In this document: in pieces, positions 1 to 11,386 of the stretch
How positions within the stretch are numbered: position 1 is the first letter of the stretch
Layout of the letters: each line of letters begins with the position of its first letter
Source: the human T2T-CHM13v2.0 reference genome, Homo sapiens
Assembly (NCBI RefSeq): GCF_009914755.1
Contig: NC_060937.1
DNA length: 64,000 nt
Reading direction: 5' to 3' (one strand)
Notes under the pieces: generated by a model
Told to the model about the DNA's origin: nothing
The model's database searches: none
The model's input: the letters and a program-made list of their open reading frames with translations, nothing else
Made by a program: the position numbers and the translations under genes

Positions 1-175
1 GCGACTGCTGTCATCAGGAGAGGTTCCCTTCGACCCCGTGGAGAGGTGAGGCCGGAGCCTCAGAGCCTCGATACCCAAGCACTGCCACGGAGGGCTCCTG
101 CTCTGCAAATCCTCGGGGACTGGTTTCTAAGACAACCGTGGGAACCACTGTGACCGGAGAAACCGCTGGGGCCTC

Positions 176-243
176 GCGCATGCGCATTGGCTGAGCCGAC
201 TCACGCTCCACTCCTGACAGATAGGCTGCGTCCCCTTTAAATA
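176..243. promoter_or_regulatory. Promoter-like cassette in each monomer (representative copy): NRF1 motif, CCAAT box and TATA-like element
   Basis: GCGCATGCGC at 176-185 abuts ATTGG at 186-190. TTTAAATA at 236-243 reads TATTTAAAGGGG on the minus strand. All lie in CpG-island-like sequence. These are motif matches only; activity is inferred. Confidence 0.5.
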
Positions 244-259
244 TCGCCATCGCCGCGCG

Positions 260-267
260 GCGGCCGC
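260..267. other. NotI site GCGGCCGC (representative; one per monomer, lost in the last head near 39700)
   Basis: Seen directly in 28 monomers. The last head reads CGCGGTGTCAGCG instead. NBL2 is known as a NotI-containing repeat. Confidence 0.95.
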
Positions 268-1054
268 GATGCTCCTGCTGCCGCCGCGGCGGCGGCTGTG
301 TCCTGGGTCCTGTTTGGGGCAGCATGGGAGAGGGGACCGCGGGTGTCTCGTCCTGTTCCAGGCCCAAACCCCCAGGGCTCCTGTCCTCAGGACCTGCTTG
401 AGCCGACTTCCACCAAGGGAGGGGGAGCTTCAGGACGCCTGCTGTGTTCTCTGGACTCCCGTTGAGATCCCGTTCTGGCCCCCTCCGCGTGACATAGGAT
501 GGGCTCACCACATGTGGTCAGGCCGGCAGGGCCTCGCTGCAGCACACAATGACCCCATAGGTCTCAAGGCCTAGTGTCAGAGCAAATTCACCGATCCATC
601 AGCCCTCTGCCTCCCTCCTCCTTTGAAAGAGCAGTGGCCTGCCCGGCTTGTAAAAGCCCAGGGGTTCCGGAAAGCCGAACGCGCTTTACAGGACAACTGC
701 AAAGAGGAACAGAGGCGAAACACAGGGGGAGACCATGTGACCACGCGTGGCACTGGCCAATCCCACAGCAGTTGGTGTTAATGTGTGTCACCGGAGGCAT
801 ACGGGGCGACGGCGAAACGAAGGGTGGGGTCCAGGCATATGCCGGTGGAAGGGGGAAACGGGTGACATTTCCGTCAACGCCAAGGAAAATCAAACAACAC
901 CTGGGAACCGTGGGGTAGGAGGGCCTCCTGTGCCTGACCCAAGTCACGTTTTCAAATGCCTACCTGAGGAGCAAAGAGGTTTCTGCCAAATTCGCAACAC
1001 CCCCAATCCTCCACCGACCTGGTAGCCCTGAAGCAACTTCGGCTGGTACAAACC

Positions 1055-1146
1055 CACAGAGAGTGGGAAAGAAACACACAGAGAGTGAGAGACAGAGAGA
1101 GAAGAATGGGAGACACACACACAGACACACACGCACACACACGCAG
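1055..1146. repeat. Compound (GA)n/(CA)n microsatellite inside each monomer (representative copy)
   Basis: CACAGAGAGTGGGAAAGAAACACACAGAGAGTGAGAGACAGAGAGAGAAG...GACACACACACAGACACACACGCACACACACGCA. Length changes here explain most monomer length variation; the longest pure (CA)n is at ~36316-36351. Confidence 0.9.
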
Positions 1147-2367
1147 AGTCATACAGCAGAGGAATTGAAACACACACTCCCAGGCAACCCCTGAGGATCC
1201 GGGGTTCTGCTCTGGAGGAGAACGACCCTCGGGTGAGAGAGCAGCCCAGGAGCACGCAGGCCGACCCGTCCTCGAGATCAATGACCGCGGCGCGACTTTT
1301 GGCGAGACTCACCCCAACCAACACCGTCCGTGCAGGCCTGAGGCTGGGATCCCGTGCTGCTTCCCCCGTCTCCGCCTGGGGTTTCATCTTCATAGTCGGC
1401 CCTTTGCGACTGCTGGCATCAGGAGAGTTTCCCTTCGAGCCCGTGGAGAGGTGAGACCGGAGCCTCAGAGCCTCGATACCCAAGCACTGCCACGGAGGGC
1501 TCCTGCTCTGCAAAGCCTCGGGGACTGGTTTCTAAGACAACCGTGGGAACCACTGTGACCGGAGAAACCGCTGGGGCCTCGCGCATGCGCATTGGCTGAG
1601 CCGACTCACGCTCCACTCCTGACAGATAGGCTGCGTCCCCTTTAAATATCGCCACCGCCGCGCGGCGGCCGCGATGCTCCTGCTGCCGCAGCGGCGGCGG
1701 CTGTGTCCTGGGTCCTGTTTGGGGCGGCATGGGAGAGTGGACCGCGGGTGTCTCGTCCTGTCCCAGGCCCAAACCCCCAGGGCTCCTGTCCTCAGGACCT
1801 GCTTGAGCCGACTTCCACCAAGGGAGGGGGAGCTTCAGGACGCCTGCTGTGTTCTCTGGACTCCTGTTCAGATCCCATTCTGGCCCCCTCCGTGTGACAT
1901 AGGATGGGCTCACCACATGTGGTCAGGCCGGCAGGGCCTCGCTGCAGCACACAATGACCCCATAGGTCTCAAGGCCTAGTGTCAGAGCAAACTCACTCAT
2001 CCATCAGCCCTCTGCCTCCCTCCTCCTTTGAAAGTGGATTGGCCTGCCCCGCTTGTAAAAGCCCAGGGGTTCCGGAAAGCCGAACGCGCTTTACAGGACA
2101 ACTGCAAAGAGGAACAGAGGCGAAACACAGGGGGAGACCATGTGACCACGCGTGGCACTGGCCAATCCCACAGCAGTTGGTGTTAATGTGTGTCACCGGA
2201 GGCATACGGGGCGACGGCGAAACGAAGGGTGGGATCCAGGCATATGCCGGTGGAAGGGCGAAACGGGTGACATTTCCGTCAACGCCAAGGAAAAACAAAC
2301 AACACCTGGGAACCGTGGGGTAGGGGGGCCTCCTGTGCCTGACCCAAGCCACGTTTTCAAATGCCTA

Positions 2368-2940
<573 letters not shown>

Positions 2941-5900
2941 CTAAGACAACCGTGGGAACCACTGTGACCGGAGAAACCGCTGGGGCCTCGCGCATGCGCA
3001 TTGGCTGAGCCGACTCACGCTCCACTCCTGACAGATAGGCTGCGTCCCCTTTAAATATCGCCATCGCCGCGCGGCGGCCGCGATGCTCCTGCTGCCGCCG
3101 CGGCGGCGGCTGTGTCCTGGGTCCTGTTTGGGGCAGCATGGGAGAGGGGACCGCGGGTGTCTCGTCCTGTTCCAGGCCCAAACCCCCAGGGCTCCTGTCC
3201 TCAGGACCTGCTTGAGCCGACTTCCACCAAGGGAGGGGGAGCTTCAGGACGCCTGCTGTGTTCTCTGGACTCCCGTTGAGATCCCGTTCTGGCCCCCTCC
3301 GCGTGACATAGGATGGGCTCACCACATGTGGTCAGGCCGGCAGGGCCTCGCTGCAGCACACAATGACCCCATAGGTCTCAAGGCCTAGTGTCAGAGCAAA
3401 TTCACCGATCCATCAGCCCTCTGCCTCCCTCCTCCTTTGAAAGAGCAGTGGCCTGCCCGGCTTGTAAAAGCCCAGGGGTTCCGGAAAGCCGAACGCGCTT
3501 TACAGGACAACTGCAAAGAGGAACAGAGGCGAAACACAGGGGGAGACCATGTGACCACGCGTGGCACTGGCCAATCCCACAGCAGTTGGTGTTAATGTGT
3601 GTCACCGGAGGCATACGGGGCGACGGCGAAACGAAGGGTGGGGTCCAGGCATATGCCGGTGGAAGGGGGAAACGGGTGACATTTCCGTCAACGCCAAGGA
3701 AAATCAAACAACACCTGGGAACCGTGGGGTAGGAGGGCCTCCTGTGCCTGACCCAAGTCACGTTTTCAAATGCCTACCAGAGGAGCAAAGAGGTTTCTGC
3801 CAAATTCGCAACACCCCCAATCCTCCACCGACCTGGTAGCCCTGAAGCAACTTCGGCTGGTACAAACCCACAGAGAGTGGGAAAGAAACACACAGAGAGT
3901 GAGAGACAGAGAGAGAAGAATGGGAGACACACACACAGACACACACGCACACACACGCAGAGTCATACAGCAGAGGAATTGAAACACACACTCCCAGGCA
4001 ACCCCTGAGGATCCGGGGTTCTGCTCTGGAGGAGAACGACCCTCGGGTGAGAGAGCAGCCCAGGAGCACGCAGGCCGACCCGTCCTCGAGATCAATGACC
4101 GCGGCGCGACTTTTGGCGAGACTCACCCCAACCAACACCGTCCGTGCAGGCCTGAGGCTGGGATCCCGTGCTGCTTCCCCCGTCTCCGCCTGGGGTTTCA
4201 TCTTCATAGTCGGCCCTTTGCGACTGCTGGCATCAGGAGAGTTTCCCTTCGAGCCCGTGGAGAGGTGAGACCGGAGCCTCAGAGCCTCGATACCCAAGCA
4301 CTGCCACGGAGGGCTCCTGCTCTGCAAAGCCTCGGGGACTGGTTTCTAAGACAACCGTGGGAACCACTGTGACGGGAGAAACCGCTGGGGCCTCGCGCAT
4401 GCGCATTGGCTGAGCCGACTCACGCTCCACTCCTGAGAGATAGGCTGCGTCCCCTTTAAATATCGCCACCGCCGCGCGGCGGCCGCGATGCTCCTGCTGC
4501 CGCCGCGGCAGCGGCTGTGTCCTGGGTCCTGTTTGGGGCGGCATGGGAGAGTGGACCGCGGGTGTCTCGTCCTGTCCCAGGCCCAAACCCCCAGGGCTCC
4601 TGTCCTCAGGACCTGCTTGAGCCGACTTCCACCAAGGGAGGGGGAGCTTCAGGACGCCTGCTGTGTTCTCTGGACTCCTGTTCAGATCCCATTCTGGCCC
4701 CCTCCGTGTGACATAGGATGGGCTCACCACATGTGGTCAGGCCGGCAGGGCCTCGCTGCAGCACACAATGACCCCATAGGTCTCAAGGCCTAGTGTCAGA
4801 GCAAACTCACTCATCCATCAGCCCTCTGCCTCCCTCCTCCTTTGAAAGTGGATTGGCCTGCCCCGCTTGTAAAAGCCCAGGGGTTCCGGAAAGCCGAACG
4901 CGCTTTACAGGACAACTGCAAAGAGGAACAGAGGCGAAACACAGGGGGAGACCATGTGACCACGCGTGGCACTGGCCAATCCCACAGCAGTTGGTGTTAA
5001 TGTGTGTCACCGGAGGCATACGGGGCGACGGCGAAACGAAGGGTGGGATCCAGGCATATGCCGGTGGAAGGGGGAAACGGGTGACATTTCCGTCAACGCC
5101 AAGGAAAAACAAACAACACCTGGGAACCGTGGGGTAGGGGGGCCTCCTGTGCCTGACCCAAGCCACGTTTTCAAATGCCTACCAGAGGAGCAAAGAGGTT
5201 TCTGCCAATTTCGCAACACCCCCAATCCTCCAGCGAACTGGTAGCCCTGACGCAACTTCGGCTGGTACAAACCCACAGAGAGTGGGAAAGAAACACACAG
5301 AGAGTGAGAGACAGAGAGAGAAGAGAGAATGGGAGACACACACACAGACACACACGCACACACACGCAGAGTCATACAGCAGAGGCATTGAAACACACAC
5401 TCCCAGGCAACCCCTGAGGATCCGGGGTTCTGCTCTGGAGGAGAACGACCCTCGGGTGAGAGAGCAGCCCAGGAGCACGCAGGCCGACCCGTCCTCGAGA
5501 TCACTGACCGCGGCGCGACGTTTGGCGACACTCACCCCAACCAACACCGTCCGTGCAGGCCTGAGGCTGGGATCCCGTGCTGCTTCCCCCGTCTCCACCT
5601 GGGGTTTCATCTTCATAGTCGGCCCTTTGCGACTGCTGGCATCAGGAGAGTTTCCCTTCGAGCCCGTGGAGAGGTGAGACCGGAGCCTCAGAGCCTCGAT
5701 ACCCAAGCACTGCCACGGAGGGCTCCTGCTCTGCAAAGCCTCGGGGACTGGTTTCTAAGACAACCGTGGGAACCACTGTGACGGGAGAAACCGCTGGGGC
5801 CTCGCGCATGCGCATTGGCTGAGCCGACTCACGCTCCACTCCTGAGAGATAGGCTGCGTCCCCTTTAAATATCGCCACCGCCGCGCGGCGGCCGCGATGC

Positions 5901-6590
5901 TCCTGCTGCCGCCGCGGCGGCGGCTGTGTCCTGGGTCCTGTTTGGGGCGGCATGGGAGAGTGGACCGCGGGTGTCTCGTCCTGTCCCAGGCCCAAACCCC
6001 CAGGGCTCCTGTCCTCAGGACCTGCTTGAGCCGACTTCCACCAAGGGAGGGGGAGCTTCAGGACGCCTGCTGTGTTCTCTGGACTCCTGTTCAGATCCCA
6101 TTCTGGCCCCCTCCGTGTGACATAGGATGGGCTCACCACATGTGGTCAGGCCGGCAGGGCCTCGCTGCAGCACACAATGACCCCATAGGTCTCAAGGCCT
6201 AGTGTCAGAGCAAACTCACTCATCCATCAGCCCTCTGCCTCCCTCCTCCTTTGAAAGTGGATTGGCCTGCCCCGCTTGTAAAAGCCCAGGGGTTCCGGAA
6301 AGCCGAACGCGCTTTACAGGACAACTGCAAAGAGGAACAGAGGCGAAACACAGGGGGAGACCATGTGACCACGCGTGGCACTGGCCAATCCCACAGCAGT
6401 TGGTGTTAATGTGTGTCACCGGAGGCATACGGGGCGACGGCGAAACGAAGGGTGGGATCCAGGCATATGCCGGTGGAAGGGGGAAACGGGTGACATTTCC
6501 GTCAACGCCAAGGAAAAACAAACAACACCTGGGAACCGTGGGGTAGGGGGGCCTCCTGTGCCTGACCCAAGCCACGTTTTCAAATGCCTA

Positions 6591-7163
<573 letters not shown>

Positions 7164-10100
7164 CTAAGACAACCGTGGGAACCACTGTGACCGGAGAAAC
7201 CGCTGGGGCCTCGCGCATGCGCATTGGCTGAGCCGACTCACGCTCCACTCCTGACAGATAGGCTGCGTCCCCTTTAAATATCGCCATCGCCGCGCGGCGG
7301 CCGCGATGCTCCTGCTGCCGCCGCGGCGGCGGCTGTGTCCTGGGTCCTGTTTGGGGCAGCATGGGAGAGGGGACCGCGGGTGTCTCGTCCTGTTCCAGGC
7401 CCAAACCCCCAGGGCTCCTGTCCTCAGGACCTGCTTGAGCCGACTTCCACCAAGGGAGGGGGAGCTTCAGGACGCCTGCTGTGTTCTCTGGACTCCCGTT
7501 GAGATCCCGTTCTGGCCCCCTCCGCGTGACATAGGATGGGCTCACCACATGTGGTCAGGCCGGCAGGGCCTCGCTGCAGCACACAATGACCCCATAGGTC
7601 TCAAGGCCTAGTGTCAGAGCAAATTCACCGATCCATCAGCCCTCTGCCTCCCTCCTCCTTTGAAAGAGCAGTGGCCTGCCCGGCTTGTAAAAGCCCAGGG
7701 GTTCCGGAAAGCCGAACGCGCTTTACAGGACAACTGCAAAGAGGAACAGAGGCGAAACACAGGGGGAGACCATGTGACCACGCGTGGCACTGGCCAATCC
7801 CACAGCAGTTGGTGTTAATGTGTGTCACCGGAGGCATACGGGGCGACGGCGAAACGAAGGGTGGGGTCCAGGCATATGCCGGTGGAAGGGGGAAACGGGT
7901 GACATTTCCGTCAACGCCAAGGAAAATCAAACAACACCTGGGAACCGTGGGGTAGGAGGGCCTCCTGTGCCTGACCCAAGTCACGTTTTCAAATGCCTAC
8001 CTGAGGAGCAAAGAGGTTTCTGCCAAATTCGCAACACCCCCAATCCTCCACCGACCTGGTAGCCCTGAAGCAACTTCGGCTGGTACAAACCCACAGAGAG
8101 TGGGAAAGAAACACACAGAGAGTGAGAGACAGAGAGAGAAGAATGGGAGACACACACACAGACACACACGCACACACACGCAGAGTCATACAGCAGAGGA
8201 ATTGAAACACACACTCCCAGGCAACCCCTGAGGATCCGGGGTTCTGCTCTGGAGGAGAACGACCCTCGGGTGAGAGAGCAGCCCAGGAGCACGCAGGCCG
8301 ACCCGTCCTCGAGATCAATGACCGCGGCGCGACTTTTGGCGAGACTCACCCCAACCAACACCGTCCGTGCAGGCCTGAGGCTGGGATCCCGTGCTGCTTC
8401 CCCCGTCTCCGCCTGGGGTTTCATCTTCATAGTCGGCCCTTTGCGACTGCTGGCATCAGGAGAGTTTCCCTTCGAGCCCGTGGAGAGGTGAGACCGGAGC
8501 CTCAGAGCCTCGATACCCAAGCACTGCCACGGAGGGCTCCTGCTCTGCAAAGCCTCGGGGACTGGTTTCTAAGACAACCGTGGGAACCACTGTGACCGGA
8601 GAAACCGCTGGGGCCTCGCGCATGCGCATTGGCTGAGCCGACTCACGCTCCACTCCTGACAGATAGGCTGCGTCCCCTTTAAATATCGCCACCGCCGCGC
8701 GGCGGCCGCGATGCTCCTGCTGCCGCAGCGGCGGCGGCTGTGTCCTGGGTCCTGTTTGGGGCGGCATGGGAGAGTGGACCGCGGGTGTCTCGTCCTGTCC
8801 CAGGCCCAAACCCCCAGGGCTCCTGTCCTCAGGACCTGCTTGAGCCGACTTCCACCAAGGGAGGGGGAGCTTCCGGACGCCTGCTGTGTTCTCTGGACTC
8901 CCGTTGAGATCCCATTCTGGCCCCCTCCGAGTGACATAGGATGGGCTCACCACATGTGGTCAGGCCGGCAGGGCCTCGCTGCAGCACACAATGACCCCAT
9001 AGGTCTCAAGGCCTAGTGTCAGAGCAAACTCACTCATCCATCAGCCCTCTGCCTCCCTCCTCCTTTGAAAGTGGATTGGCCTGCCCCGCTTGTAAAAGCC
9101 CAGGGGTTCCGGAAAGCCGAACGCGCTTTGCAGGACAACTGCAAAGAGGAACAGAGGCGAAACCCAGTGGGAGACCATGTGACCACGCGTGGCACTGGCC
9201 AATCCCACAGCAGTTGGTGTTAATGTGTGTCACCTGAGGCATACGGGGCGACGGCGAAACGAAGGGTGGGGTCCAGGCATATGCCGGTGGAAGGGGGAAA
9301 CGGGTGACATTTCCGTCAACGCCAAGGAAAAACAAACAACACCTGGGAACCGTGGGGTAGGGGGGCCTCCTGTGCCTGACCCAAGCCACGTTTTCAAATG
9401 CCTACCAGAGGAGCAAAGAGGTTTCTGCCAATTTCGCAACACCCCCAATCCTCCAGCGAACTGGTAGCCCTGACGCAACTTCGGCTGGTACAAACCCACA
9501 GAGAGTGGGAAAGAAACACACAGAGAGTGAGAGACAGAGAGAGAAGAGAGAATGGGAGACACACACACAGACACACACGCACACACACGCAGAGTCATAC
9601 AGCAGAGGCATTGAAACACACACTCCCAGGCAACCCCTGAGGATCCGGGGTTCTGCTCTGGAGGAGAACGACCCTCGGGTGAGAGAGCAGCCCAGGAGCA
9701 CGCAGGCCGACCCGTCCTCGAGATCACTGACCGCGGCGCGACGTTTGGCGACACTCACCCCAACCAACACCGTCCGTGCAGGCCTGAGGCTGGGATCCCG
9801 TGCTGCTTCCCCCGTCTCCACCTGGGGTTTCATCTTCATAGTCGGCCCTTTGCGACTGCTGGCATCAGGAGAGTTTCCCTTCGAGCCCGTGGAGAGGTGA
9901 GACCGGAGCCTCAGAGCCTCGATACCCAAGCACTGCCACGGAGGGCTCCTGCTCTGCAAAGCCTCGGGGACTGGTTTCTAAGACAACCGTGGGAACCACT
10001 GTGACGGGAGAAACCGCTGGGGCCTCGCGCATGCGCATTGGCTGAGCCGACTCACGCTCCACTCCTGAGAGATAGGCTGCGTCCCCTTTAAATATCGCCA

Positions 10101-10813
10101 CCGCCGCGCGGCGGCCGCGATGCTCCTGCTGCCGCCGCGGCGGCGGCTGTGTCCTGGGTCCTGTTTGGGGCGGCATGGGAGAGTGGACCGCGGGTGTCTC
10201 GTCCTGTCCCAGGCCCAAACCCCCAGGGCTCCTGTCCTCAGGACCTGCTTGAGCCGACTTCCACCAAGGGAGGGGGAGCTTCAGGACGCCTGCTGTGTTC
10301 TCTGGACTCCTGTTCAGATCCCATTCTGGCCCCCTCCGTGTGACATAGGATGGGCTCACCACATGTGGTCAGGCCGGCAGGGCCTCGCTGCAGCACACAA
10401 TGACCCCATAGGTCTCAAGGCCTAGTGTCAGAGCAAACTCACTCATCCATCAGCCCTCTGCCTCCCTCCTCCTTTGAAAGTGGATTGGCCTGCCCCGCTT
10501 GTAAAAGCCCAGGGGTTCCGGAAAGCCGAACGCGCTTTACAGGACAACTGCAAAGAGGAACAGAGGCGAAACACAGGGGGAGACCATGTGACCACGCGTG
10601 GCACTGGCCAATCCCACAGCAGTTGGTGTTAATGTGTGTCACCGGAGGCATACGGGGCGACGGCGAAACGAAGGGTGGGATCCAGGCATATGCCGGTGGA
10701 AGGGGGAAACGGGTGACATTTCCGTCAACGCCAAGGAAAAACAAACAACACCTGGGAACCGTGGGGTAGGGGGGCCTCCTGTGCCTGACCCAAGCCACGT
10801 TTTCAAATGCCTA

Positions 10814-11386
<573 letters not shown>

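Noticed and set aside
41-51. Plus-strand splice donor GAG|GTGAG in each monomer (and G|GTGAGA near 1232)
   Set aside because: Good donor matches, but I found no convincing plus-strand polypyrimidine/AG acceptor in the monomer, so no plus-strand intron is called.
199-204. Second minus-strand GTGAGT donor close to the TATA-like box
   Set aside because: It would leave a first exon of only ~10 nt from the predicted start and has a weak exonic context (AGC|GT).
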